Assembly: GCA_016699205.1 (NCBI GenBank)
Contig: CP064964.1
Coordinates: forward strand, 810,001 to 842,000
DNA from: Candidatus Saccharimonadota bacterium
Lineage (GTDB): Bacteria; Patescibacteriota; Patescibacteriia; 2-12-FULL-60-25
DNA: 32,000 bases
Reading direction: 5' to 3'
Of the stretch, positions 16,227 to 24,266 are shown piece by piece. The position numbers and the translations under genes were made by a program. The notes beneath the pieces were generated by a model. That model made no database searches. It was not told the DNA's origin and saw nothing but the letters and a program-made list of their open reading frames with translations. Each line of letters begins with the position of its first letter. The stretch's first letter is position 1.

Positions 16227-16694
16227 CTATGGGCGTACTTCACCAACGATAACCGTGCCCTTCATGCTCGAGTGGCTTGCGCAGTAATATTCGTATTTTC
16301 CTGTTGCTGGAAATTTGTGGCTATAGGTTGCGCCGGGCACAAGGTTGCCGGAATCCCAAAGAACGGAAGCTCCGGCGCTGTGTACCGTGTGGTTATTTTT
16401 TCCAACGTTTTTCCAGATAACCGTATCTCCGGCATTGATGGCGATCATCTGCGGAGCAAAGGCGTTGTCTTTAATTTCTACCGTGATGGTTTTTGTGGCT
16501 GGCTTAGGTGCAGGCTTGGTCGCTGCTGGTTTTGGCGTCGGGGCCGGAGTTGGCGTGGAGGTAGGTGTCGGCGTCTGAGGTGTTTCTGCTACGGGTGCCG
16601 GGGTTGGCTCCGGTGATGGTGTCGGCGTTGCTGCCGGAGCGCAGCCGGCTCCGAGCAGGGAGAGTGTGATGGCGAGCGAAAGGAATTTTTTCAT
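16227..16694 (-). CDS. cupredoxin (type-1 blue copper, plastocyanin/amicyanin-like) lipoprotein
   Basis: Lipobox LLGAGC after the signal peptide, then a Pro/Thr linker, then a cupredoxin fold. Copper ligands are spaced H (NNHTVHS) ... C-x2-H-x2-M (YYCASHSSMKG). Confidence 0.85.
   Translation of the reverse strand: MKKFLSLAITLSLLGAGCAPAATPTPSPEPTPAPVAETPQTPTPTSTPTPAPTPKPAATKPAPKPATKTITVEIKDNAFAPQMIAINAGDTVIWKNVGKNNHTVHSAGASVLWDSGNLVPGATYSHKFPATGKYEYYCASHSSMKGTVIVGEVRP
16492..16640 (-). repeat. low-complexity tract encoding a Pro/Thr/Ala/Lys linker
   Basis: Encodes APAATPTPSPEPTPAPVAETPQTPTPTSTPTPAPTPKPAATKPAPKPATK. Coordinates are approximate. Confidence 0.55.
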
Positions 16695-16713
16695 AGATCT
16701 AATCTATCATATT

Positions 16714-17124
16714 TTAATGAATAAGATCGAGGTTTCCATCAATGACGATCGGACCCATCGCTTTTAGCTCGTCCGTGAAGGTGTTTTGCGGGAGGGGATT
16801 GTAAAGAAAGATTTTTCGGTTATTGTCGAAGGCTTGATAGATTTCCAAAAATGTTGCGCCGCCGATGTAATTTGGCTGGCCGTTTTTTTCAAAATTGAGA
16901 ACGAGAATACCGTCATTGGCGAGGATTTTTTCGCGCTGCAATCGGATCATGCCGGCTTTCCATTCACGATGGGCATCAGCACCAAGCTTTTTCATCTCTT
17001 CTTCTTTCATCGGATCGTCAAAACAGTTTGGTACCGTTATGACGTGGCCGCGTGCTTCCAGCTCTTTTTTAATAGCGGGGACTTTATCGTAGAGATATTT
17101 GCTGGTGCAGAGAAAGAGGTTCAT
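16714..17124 (-). CDS. nucleoside 2-deoxyribosyltransferase-like (SLOG/NDT-fold) protein
   Basis: 136 aa counting from MNLFLCTS. Its Rossmann-like beginning and the motif NYIGGATFLEIYQAF (GGxTxxE) are typical of NDT/LOG-like folds. The track's longer start (17175) would overlap the divergent promoter region. Confidence 0.65.
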   Translation of the reverse strand: MNLFLCTSKYLYDKVPAIKKELEARGHVITVPNCFDDPMKEEEMKKLGADAHREWKAGMIRLQREKILANDGILVLNFEKNGQPNYIGGATFLEIYQAFDNNRKIFLYNPLPQNTFTDELKAMGPIVIDGNLDLIH

Positions 17125-17178
17125 AGGTCCAAGTGTTTTTGTTGGTATATGGGTGGACTTTAAACCAAATGGCAACCC

Positions 17179-17207
17179 TTGCCAAAGCTAAAAAAATGCG
17201 GTATAAC
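17179..17207 (+). promoter_or_regulatory. sigma-70-type promoter for tRNA-His
   Basis: TTGCCA (17179-17184), 17-nt spacer, TATAAC (17202-17207). The tRNA starts 19 nt downstream. Confidence 0.4.
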
Positions 17208-17225
17208 TTGCACGCCAATTCGCAT

Positions 17226-17301
17226 GGTGGCTATGGTGAAGAGGTTATCACAGCGGGTTGTGGTCCCGTTATCGAGGGTTCGATTCCCTCTAGCCACCCC
17301 A
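17226..17301 (+). tRNA. tRNA-His (anticodon GTG) with encoded G-1 and CCA
   Basis: Hand-folded: G-1, then acceptor GTGGCTA/TAGCCAC, D stem GTGA/TCAC, anticodon arm GCGGG-TTGTGGT-CCCGT, T arm GAGGG-TTCGATT-CCCTC, discriminator C, CCA. Confidence 0.9.
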
Positions 17302-17336
17302 TCAAAACTCCCTCGGAATCCCGAGGGAGTTTTGAT
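17301..17336. terminator. long hairpin terminator shared by tRNA-His (+) and the convergent small membrane gene (-)
   Basis: ATCAAAACTCCCTCGG (17301-17316) pairs with CCGAGGGAGTTTTGAT (17321-17336): a 16-bp perfect stem with a 4-nt loop. Confidence 0.75.
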
Positions 17337-17650
17337 TAAAAAACCCATTTACCTGCAACGTACGCTATCAATCCCAAGCTGAATGGATAAACCAGGAATA
17401 GCCAAATATATCCAAGGGCATTTGTTTCTTTCGGATTTACAAGGAACGAATACCACGTTGGTAATCCAAGAAGAGAAGCAACCCCGTTTAAGATGAGTGC
17501 GCCAATCAAGACGCTCGCACCAAGGAGAAAAATAAGGAAGACGTGCACTCCATTAGTATACAGGTGTTTCTCGCAAGATGAGCCTATATTGCGCCCTTCG
17601 CTCTTTACGAGATGAAGTACGGTCCAAATAGGGATCGGGGCAATGCGCAA
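17336..17650 (-). CDS. small hypothetical membrane protein, 104 aa
   Basis: Two or three hydrophobic helices (VHVFLIFLLGASVLIGALIL, IWLFLVYPFSLGLIAYVAG). No recognised family. Confidence 0.55.
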   Translation of the reverse strand: MRIAPIPIWTVLHLVKSEGRNIGSSCEKHLYTNGVHVFLIFLLGASVLIGALILNGVASLLGLPTWYSFLVNPKETNALGYIWLFLVYPFSLGLIAYVAGKWVF

Positions 17651-17710
17651 TTTGGTTTAAGGATGTTTCACTATCTGCTAAGCTACGTTCAACTTTTCAT
17701 TTGATTTTTT

Positions 17711-18193
17711 ATGCAATATCCAAGATCCGTTGCTGCTTTCGCGCTTCTCTTTTTACCAGTTTTTCTTGGCGCCGGTTGTCGTTCATCGTCCAGCGTAGAC
17801 GCGTCTCGTGAAGCTCGGACCATTTCAGAATCACCGACCAGTCCAACGTCTCAGCCCTCTCCATCAAATGGGCAAAATGCCAACGATGTCCTGACACCGC
17901 TTCCCTCGAATTTTCCGTCGGATATTCCGACGGCTCCAAATAGCATGGTTATCAACACGAGTGTTGATTCGGAGCGAAAAATGGTGAAGGCTTTATTGAG
18001 CAGCCAAGATTCTTCGGATCATGTTTTCGAGTCTTTATCCGGACAGTTAACAAGAAATGGGTTTTCGAAGACGGTTGATTCTACGATTGGAAATACCCGA
18101 CAGGTCATCTTCAAAAAAGGTTCTTTGACCATGGGCATTACTTTGATCCAGGAGCTCGACGTGACGAATTATGAGATAAGTCGCGAGGAATAA
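17711..18193 (+). CDS. putative lipoprotein, 160 aa
   Basis: Signal peptide ending in lipobox FLGAGC, followed by a Ser/Pro-rich linker. Confidence 0.75.
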   Translation: MQYPRSVAAFALLFLPVFLGAGCRSSSSVDASREARTISESPTSPTSQPSPSNGQNANDVLTPLPSNFPSDIPTAPNSMVINTSVDSERKMVKALLSSQDSSDHVFESLSGQLTRNGFSKTVDSTIGNTRQVIFKKGSLTMGITLIQELDVTNYEISREE

Positions 18194-18203
18194 CGGAAAT
18201 CGA

Positions 18204-19370
18204 TTGCCTCGTTTGACTCGCATAACTTTCCCAACGGGGTTATGCTCGCTGCATATGTTTGGCACTGCATGCTGGCGTTTCTTTTATACGGCTGGTTTGA
18301 AACCATATCTGTTTCAAAAGGATCCGGAAGACGTGCATCAGCGAATGACGCTTCTTGGGGAGCTACTTGGTCGATCACGCCTGGGGCGGTGGTTCGTAGG
18401 TTTTTTCTTTCGGTTCTCACATCCTTCGCTTGAACAGACCGTGGTCGGGATTCGGTTTTCAAACCCCATAGGGCTAGCGGCAGGATTTGATAAAGATGGT
18501 CGTCTCGTAGATATCTTACCTGAGGTTGGCTTTGGGTTTGCGGAAGTTGGTTCGATTACGGGCGAGTCTTGTCTTGGGAATCCGAAGCCTCGGTTATGGC
18601 GTTTACCAAAAAGTCGTGGATTGGTTGTGAATTATGGTTTGAAGAACGATGGATGCGAGGTTGTCTCGCGTCGCTTAGCGAAACGTGTATTTCGTTTTCC
18701 CATCGGGATAAGCGTTGCCAAAACGAATGCGCCTGGGACAGTTGATGTAGAAGCGGGGATCGCTGACTATGTGAAAGCGTTTCGGGCGTTTGCGGAGATC
18801 GGTGATTATCTGACGGTGAACATTAGTTGTCCGAATGCGTTTGGCGGTGAGCCGTTTACAGATCCGCAACGGCTGGAGCTGTTGTTGGTTGCGTTGGATG
18901 CTATTCCGACGCTGCATCCCGTTTTTTTGAAGATGCCTGCAGATCTTACCGAAGCCGCTTTACAGGCTTTGCTTGAAGTAGCAAGGCGCCATCGTATTCA
19001 CGGCATTATTTTTGTTAATCTCACGAAACGCTATGACCGATCAACGATTGATCAAGAAGAGAGATCGTCTATCATGATCGGCGGCGTTAGTGGGAAACCC
19101 GTGACGGAAGATGCGAATCGCTTGGTGGCATGGGCCTATCGTCTTTATGGTTCGCGTTTTGTCTATATCGGGTGTGGAGGCGTTTTTTCAGCGAAGGATG
19201 CTTATGAGAAGATTCTTCAAGGAGCGTCATTGGTTCAGCTCATCACGGGAATGATTTATGAAGGGCCTCAGCTGATCGGTGAAATTAATCGTGAGCTTGC
19301 GCGGTTGATTGAGCGCGATGGGTTTAAGTCCGTTGCAGATGCGGTTGGTGCGGCGCATCGTGCAATATAA
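18204..19370 (+). CDS. pyrD: dihydroorotate dehydrogenase, class-2-like scaffold
   Basis: Motifs LKPYLFQKDPEDVHQ, NPIGLAAGFDKDG, GFGFAEVGSIT...GNPKPRLWRL, NYGLKNDG, LTVNISCPN, GGVSG and GCGGV align along E. coli PyrD from memory. An alternative start is ATG 18255. Confidence 0.85.
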   Translation: MPRLTRITFPTGLCSLHMFGTACWRFFYTAGLKPYLFQKDPEDVHQRMTLLGELLGRSRLGRWFVGFFFRFSHPSLEQTVVGIRFSNPIGLAAGFDKDGRLVDILPEVGFGFAEVGSITGESCLGNPKPRLWRLPKSRGLVVNYGLKNDGCEVVSRRLAKRVFRFPIGISVAKTNAPGTVDVEAGIADYVKAFRAFAEIGDYLTVNISCPNAFGGEPFTDPQRLELLLVALDAIPTLHPVFLKMPADLTEAALQALLEVARRHRIHGIIFVNLTKRYDRSTIDQEERSSIMIGGVSGKPVTEDANRLVAWAYRLYGSRFVYIGCGGVFSAKDAYEKILQGASLVQLITGMIYEGPQLIGEINRELARLIERDGFKSVADAVGAAHRAI

Positions 19371-19396
19371 AAATACGACCCTTTCGGGTCGTATTT
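19371..19396. terminator. bidirectional terminator between convergent genes
   Basis: AAATACGACCC (19371-19381) pairs with GGGTCGTATTT (19386-19396) around loop TTTC. A T-run follows on the plus strand. Confidence 0.8.
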
Positions 19397-19408
19397 TTGT
19401 TTGGAGTA

Positions 19409-19984
19409 TTACTCCGCAGCGAGAATGATCGGAGCGTTCTGGGTGACCGCAAGCGGCTGATTCCAGAATTGCTTCGCGTAGCGCTGAACCTTGTTCACGT
19501 AGCCATTGTTGGCATTACAGCCATTATGACACTGAACAGCGTAGTTCACGTACTTTGGATAGCTATTGCGTTCCAAGTAGTTAATCGTCCAGTTGGCAGA
19601 ACATGCGAGGTCTTCCGCACAAGCGGCCGTAATCTTGTGAAGCTTATAGTGAATTTGGAAGTAGCCGCGAGCCTTACCGTTATCGCCGATAACGTCGAAG
19701 CGGTTTGAGGACTCCGTCCAGAGCATACCCAAGAGCGTCTTGGCACATGCCTCGCCATAGCCATTCTCTTCACAGACGTGAAGCAAGACTTCCTGAACCG
19801 TAGGCGCAGGCGTCGGAACCGCGAGGGTTTCCGTCTGTACAACAGCTTCAGGCTGCGTGATCGACTTTTCCGCATGAGCGGAGGTCGTTACGGCAGGGTT
19901 CGTAAAGGTGGTAGCCAACATAACAGCAGCCAAAACCTTGCGTTGGTTCACCGTTAACATGAGGACGTTTTTAAGTGATTTCAT
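19409..19984 (-). CDS. secreted lytic transglycosylase-like (SLT/lysozyme-like domain) protein
   Basis: The signal-like N-terminus is MKSLKNVLMLTVNQRKVLAAVMLATTF. The SLT-type motif is LLGMLWTESSNRFDVIGDNGKARGYFQI (catalytic E-S ... GxxQ). The start is set at ATG 19984 because a good promoter lies inside the track's longer ORF. Confidence 0.7.
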   Translation of the reverse strand: MKSLKNVLMLTVNQRKVLAAVMLATTFTNPAVTTSAHAEKSITQPEAVVQTETLAVPTPAPTVQEVLLHVCEENGYGEACAKTLLGMLWTESSNRFDVIGDNGKARGYFQIHYKLHKITAACAEDLACSANWTINYLERNSYPKYVNYAVQCHNGCNANNGYVNKVQRYAKQFWNQPLAVTQNAPIILAAE

Positions 19985-20024
19985 AATGGGTTTGCCGTGA
20001 TTCGGTTTGCGAATCAGACCAGCC

Positions 20025-20053
20025 ATTACATCACATTTTGGGGGTTTTGTCAA
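20025..20053 (-). promoter_or_regulatory. sigma-70-type promoter for the SLT-like gene
   Basis: Minus strand TTGACA (20053-20048), 17-nt spacer, TGTAAT (20030-25). Confidence 0.5.
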
Positions 20054-20157
20054 TGATACGAGGCTCTCTTTTGTCGCTAAAATAAGCCAAAACTGTTTAA
20101 GTTAGCCATTTAAAAATGGCTTAGATTACATAAGGTTATTTTGGGATAATTCCAAAC

Positions 20158-20190
20158 AAAAAATCCCTCGATTGTTTCGAGGGATTTTTT
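20158..20190 (-). terminator. terminator after the YtxH-like gene (symmetric A6/T6 flanks)
   Basis: AAAAAATCCCTCGA (20158-20171) pairs with TCGAGGGATTTTTT (20177-20190) around a 5-nt loop. Confidence 0.8.
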
Positions 20191-20201
20191 GTTGCCGCTT
20201 T

Positions 20202-20561
20202 TTATTTGGCCGTCTTTTCCTCCATGCTGTCTTCAATTTGTTCACGGATATTCTCCCACTGTTCCATGAGTCGATCCTTTATGTCTGCAAGCTGATCCGC
20301 GGCCATATCTTTGGTATCACGGTATTGTTCGATGAGATCGTTAACAATCTCCTCATATTTTTCCTTGCTCAACTCCTTCATGTTCTTTACTTTCTTTGCC
20401 AATTCTTTTTGCAGCGCTTTTGCGCGCTTCTTGGCTTCATCGGTCATTTCGTGACCTTTCTTGGAGTTGAGAAATAGTCCGGCTGCAAGGCCTGCCGCGA
20501 GTCCGGCTAACAATGCGCCGCCGACGACCAAGCCTTTATTCTCATTGTTTGCGTGTGTCAT
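20202..20561 (-). CDS. YtxH-domain general-stress-type protein
   Basis: N-terminal Gly/Ala-rich TM segment (GLVVGGALLAGLAAGLAAGLFL) followed by a long charged coiled-coil, the architecture typical of YtxH. Confidence 0.75.
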   Translation of the reverse strand: MTHANNENKGLVVGGALLAGLAAGLAAGLFLNSKKGHEMTDEAKKRAKALQKELAKKVKNMKELSKEKYEEIVNDLIEQYRDTKDMAADQLADIKDRLMEQWENIREQIEDSMEEKTAK

Positions 20562-20598
20562 ATTGCGTGGGGTTAAGACGAATAAGACTTCTGCGGGT

Positions 20599-20844
20599 TT
20601 ATGTGTTGCGTTTCACCAGCGATGCGATGAAGAGGAACACGAGCGCTCCGGTGACGGCCATAACAAGGTCGCCGATCAGTCCGTAGGTTGCGATTCCAAA
20701 GAGGCTAAAGATGTAACCTCCAAGAACGGCACCGATAATACCGACCACGATGTTTCCAAGGAGACCAAAGCCTGAACCCTTGGTTAGCTCGCCCGCAATC
20801 CAGCCTGCGAGCGCACCGATAATAAGAAACCACAGTATGCTCAT
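20599..20844 (-). CDS. GlsB/YeaQ/YmgE-family stress-response membrane protein
   Basis: 81 aa reading MSILWFLIIGALAGWIAGELTKGSGFGLLGNIVVGIIGAVLGGYIF..., the characteristic sequence of this family. Confidence 0.9.
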   Translation of the reverse strand: MSILWFLIIGALAGWIAGELTKGSGFGLLGNIVVGIIGAVLGGYIFSLFGIATYGLIGDLVMAVTGALVFLFIASLVKRNT

Positions 20845-20994
20845 AAAGAATTATCGCGTTAGCGAGTTAGACTTTCAGTATAGGCTTCATGGACCATCTG
20901 GCAAGCAAAAAAAAACGGATTATTGCCTAAGCAGAGGCGTTTGTTGCTTAAAGGGTTCGCATTTGCTCGACGCTTCGTTTATGCTTTTGGGCAT

Positions 20995-21306
20995 ATGAAA
21001 ATCTGCATCACTTGCGGTATGCCGCTTGAAGGAGATCACGCGAATGACTTGGGAATGGAGACATCAGAGGGGCCGGTATGTAAATTCGACACAAAGAATG
21101 GACAGATGAAGAGTGCCGATGAGATCTTTGATGGAGGAGTCGCGTTTTTCTTGGACGCAGTCGCCGACGGTGATCGTGCCCTTGCCGAGCGCCTCACTCG
21201 TAAGAATATGAAGTCGCTTTCGTATTGGCAGACCCATCCGTTTGATGCGTTGAATGGCGAGGAAGCGACGGAGGAGGAGTTTGGAGCGGCGATGGCTAAA
21301 TTGTAG
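20995..21306 (+). CDS. putative zinc-ribbon domain protein, 103 aa
   Basis: MKICITCGMPLEG....GPVCKF gives a CxxC ... C pattern at the N-terminus. The start is set at ATG 20995, not the track's 20923. Confidence 0.65.
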   Translation: MKICITCGMPLEGDHANDLGMETSEGPVCKFDTKNGQMKSADEIFDGGVAFFLDAVADGDRALAERLTRKNMKSLSYWQTHPFDALNGEEATEEEFGAAMAKL

Positions 21307-21370
21307 TGGCTTATGTTTGCCTGGACGGATGCCTGCCTTGACAGGGCTGTTTATCCATGGAACGGAGTAG

Positions 21371-23212
21371 ATGCTGGTTATGCTTGAACTTCTTAAAAAA
21401 CATTTTGGATATGAATCATTCCGTCCGCTTCAGGAGGAAGTGATTTCGTATTGCATCTCCGGCAAGGATTCTTTGGTTTTGATGCCGACTGGCGGAGGCA
21501 AATCACTTTGTTTTCAAATCCCCGCATTGTTTTTTCCCGGTTTGACGATTGTCATCTCGCCGCTTGTTGCGCTCATGAAGGATCAGGTCGATGCGTTAAA
21601 GGCAAATGGCATTCCTGCTGCTTTTTTGAATAGCACTCTTTCACCGCGCGAGAGCGCCGAGGTTGAGTCGCTGGCACGTTCTGGGCGGCTTAAACTTTTG
21701 TATCTTGCTCCGGAGCGATTTGCCATGCCTTCTGTGCGGCGATTTTTACAATCGCTTACGATCAGTCTATTTGCTGTAGATGAAGCGCATTGTATTTCCG
21801 AGTGGGGACATGATTTTAGACCCGATTATCGCAGTCTTGATTTGTTGCGCCAGTATTTTCCCCGAATTCCCATCATGGCGCTAACCGCAACAGCTAATGC
21901 GCGTGTACGCGATGATATTGTCAGCCAGTTGGGATTGGGGAACGGGCGCGTGTTTCAGTCGAGTTTCAATCGTCCAAATCTTACGTACCGCGTGCTGCCC
22001 AAGAAGCGCGCTTTTGACCAGCTGCTCGCGGAAATTAAACAGCGTCCGGAACAAGCGATTATTATTTATTGTTTTTCCCGCAAATCAACAGAAAAGACGG
22101 CGGCGGATTTACGAGCGAATGGTGTAAAGGCGGCCGCGTATCATGCGGGGTTAACGCCGGCAGAACGCACGCGCGTTCAAGATCGTTTTATTCGGGATGA
22201 GGTTCCGGTGATTGCGGCGACGATTGCGTTTGGCATGGGTATCGATAAGCCTGATGTCCGTTTGGTTGCGCATATGGATCTGCCTAAGTCTGTCGAGGGT
22301 TACTATCAAGAAACTGGTCGCGCGGGCCGTGACGGTTTGCCGAGCGAGTGTCTGCTTTTTTACTCGGCTGGCGATCGCGTCAAGCACGAGTATTTTATCC
22401 GCGGGATGGAGGATCCCGAGGTGAAGGCGCGTACACGTCATCAACTGCAAGAGATGATGAATTACAGCGAACTGCGTACCTGTCGCCGTGCGTTTCTCCT
22501 ACGATATTTTGGCGAGGCATGGCAAGCGCAGAATTGCGGCGCCTGTGATATTTGTGTGCCGCGCGCTGTTGCGCAATTACATACGGGGGAATTGTCCGAG
22601 TTTGATCAGGCGTTATTTGAGAAGCTTCGTTTACTGCGTACTCGGCTTGCGAATGCGCGTCGCCTTCCGCCGTATATGATCTTTGGCGATAAAACACTGC
22701 AGGATATGGCGCGTGTGTATCCATCGAGTATGGAGCGCTTAGCAAAAGTATTTGGGGTCGGTAAGGTGAAGCTTACGCAGTTTGGAGAAGCTTTTCTTGA
22801 AGTGATCCGTTCCTACATGAGTGAAAAGGGGATCGTGGAACAAGTGATGGTGTCCGAAGATGTTCCTAAGAGAGTTTCTGCTCCTGTTTCTGCCCGTGCT
22901 TTAACGCCGACGATTCTTGAGTCGATTCGTTTGCTTGAGCAGCAGGAATCGCTTGAGGCTATTGCTAAACAGAGGAAGATTAGTGTGGGGACGGTCATTC
23001 AGCATTTGGAGCAAGCGATCGAGCAAGGGGAGACGCTTAACACATCGCATTTGGTGTTTTCTTCTGATAAGCGTTTTGCGCTCATCGCAAATGCTTTTGC
23101 GGAAATCGGAGATGATTTTTTGGCTCCTGTAAAAAATTATCTGGGCGAGGCTTATAGTTACGATGAACTTCGCTTTGCGCGTTTCTTGCTCAAGACTCGA
23201 GCCGGTAAATAG
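21371..23212 (+). CDS. recQ: ATP-dependent DNA helicase RecQ (helicase core, RQC zinc site, HRDC, C-terminal HTH-like extension)
   Basis: Motifs FGYESFRPLQEEVI, MPTGGGKSLCFQIPAL, FAVDEAHCISEWGHDFRPDY, TIAFGMGIDKPDVR, Cys cluster CRRAFLLRYFGE..CGACDIC, and HRDC-like LRTRLANARRLPPYMIFGDKTLQDMA. Confidence 0.95.
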   Translation: MLVMLELLKKHFGYESFRPLQEEVISYCISGKDSLVLMPTGGGKSLCFQIPALFFPGLTIVISPLVALMKDQVDALKANGIPAAFLNSTLSPRESAEVESLARSGRLKLLYLAPERFAMPSVRRFLQSLTISLFAVDEAHCISEWGHDFRPDYRSLDLLRQYFPRIPIMALTATANARVRDDIVSQLGLGNGRVFQSSFNRPNLTYRVLPKKRAFDQLLAEIKQRPEQAIIIYCFSRKSTEKTAADLRANGVKAAAYHAGLTPAERTRVQDRFIRDEVPVIAATIAFGMGIDKPDVRLVAHMDLPKSVEGYYQETGRAGRDGLPSECLLFYSAGDRVKHEYFIRGMEDPEVKARTRHQLQEMMNYSELRTCRRAFLLRYFGEAWQAQNCGACDICVPRAVAQLHTGELSEFDQALFEKLRLLRTRLANARRLPPYMIFGDKTLQDMARVYPSSMERLAKVFGVGKVKLTQFGEAFLEVIRSYMSEKGIVEQVMVSEDVPKRVSAPVSARALTPTILESIRLLEQQESLEAIAKQRKISVGTVIQHLEQAIEQGETLNTSHLVFSSDKRFALIANAFAEIGDDFLAPVKNYLGEAYSYDELRFARFLLKTRAGK

Positions 23213-23247
23213 CAGCCACTCGCCTGAGGGCTGATTATCGTTTATGC

Positions 23248-24135
23248 TTGAAGTCTATGAAACGTTTCATTTCTCAAATTAGTTTACTCGCGTTTTTTTC
23301 TGCATTGATTCCAAACATGGCTTTGGCTGGCGGCTGCTATGTTGACCCAGTGCAGCAATATTCTGGAACCGGCACGATTAAATCCGGCGTGTATCTCCGT
23401 AGCGAAGCTTGTACATCGGGAACGATGGTTTTGAGAACGTTGAAAGCAGGGACAAATGTTTCTGTTATCGCATATACGGATGGTTGGTATGCGGTGATCG
23501 CCGGAGGCAAGCATGGCTGGATCGGTGAACAGTTTATCAATAACAATGCTGAGCCGACTGGTCTTGTTTGGCAAACCTATGAAGAGTATCAGGTGAGTGC
23601 TGGCGGTTTAGTCGGTGCGCCTGAGCCGGTGGCGATACAGATAAAGGCGACGGTTGAGACGCCGTATACTGGTACGATTGGCGCTCGTTCATTGGTGAAG
23701 CTTGTTTGTCCTTCTGTTGCACCGGCTGATCATCCGTGTAAGGCAGTGTATTACATTGGTGCCGATGCCAAGCGCCATGCGTTTCCAAATGGCCGCGTGT
23801 TTGCGACATGGTATGCAAATTTTGATGAGGTAAAGCCTGTGGCTGCTGAAACGCTCGGTCAGTATGCGCTTGGAATGAACGTGACGTATCGACCCGGAGC
23901 ACGCATGGTGAAATTTACGACGGATCCCAAGGTCTATGCCGTTGGTCGCGGAGGAGAATTGCGTTGGGTGAAAACCGAGGCGCTGGCCACGGCTTACTAT
24001 GGTGTCGATTGGAACAAAAAGATCGATGATATTCCGGATGCTTTCTACTCGAACTATGCTTTTGGGTCCGAGATTGGCGCAGAAAGCGAGTACAGCCCGG
24101 CGGCGGAGCTAAGCGCTACTCCGGCCTTTGATTAG
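23248..24135 (+). CDS. secreted protein: signal peptide, SH3b-like domain, conserved C-terminal domain of unknown function
   Basis: The signal peptide is MKRFISQISLLAFFSALIPNMALA, with the likely ATG at 23257. The SH3_3-like block is GVYLRSEACTSGTMVLRTLKAGTNVSVIAYTDGWYAVIAGGKHGWIGEQFI. The C-terminal domain is paralogous to that of 14752-15681. Confidence 0.8.
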   Translation: MKSMKRFISQISLLAFFSALIPNMALAGGCYVDPVQQYSGTGTIKSGVYLRSEACTSGTMVLRTLKAGTNVSVIAYTDGWYAVIAGGKHGWIGEQFINNNAEPTGLVWQTYEEYQVSAGGLVGAPEPVAIQIKATVETPYTGTIGARSLVKLVCPSVAPADHPCKAVYYIGADAKRHAFPNGRVFATWYANFDEVKPVAAETLGQYALGMNVTYRPGARMVKFTTDPKVYAVGRGGELRWVKTEALATAYYGVDWNKKIDDIPDAFYSNYAFGSEIGAESEYSPAAELSATPAFD

Positions 24136-24144
24136 GCTATGGGC

Positions 24145-24173
24145 TTTACAAAATGCCTATTTTAGGCTATTAT
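24145..24173 (+). promoter_or_regulatory. sigma-70-type promoter for the cold-shock gene
   Basis: TTTACA (24145-24150), 17-nt spacer, TATTAT (24168-24173). This predicts a 5' UTR of about 85-90 nt, as is usual for csp genes. Confidence 0.5.
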
Positions 24174-24266
24174 ATATAGCGAACCAATGAATCGGCCGAA
24201 TAATGCTCATCTGAAGCAAAAAACAGCCTGCAATTAACATTTACATTACTCATTGGTAACAACACT

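Noticed and set aside
15208-16640. Short GGNGTT/GGNGCT-type tandem repeats considered as a possible CRISPR or satellite array
   Set aside because: They lie inside coding regions and translate to Pro/Thr/Ala linkers in two exported proteins. There is no repeat-spacer periodicity.
14755-24132. The two similar C-terminal coding segments read as a diversity-generating retroelement TR/VR pair
   Set aside because: The copies differ at all base types rather than at adenines only, and are only about two-thirds identical at the protein level. Both lie inside complete genes, and no reverse transcriptase is present in the window.
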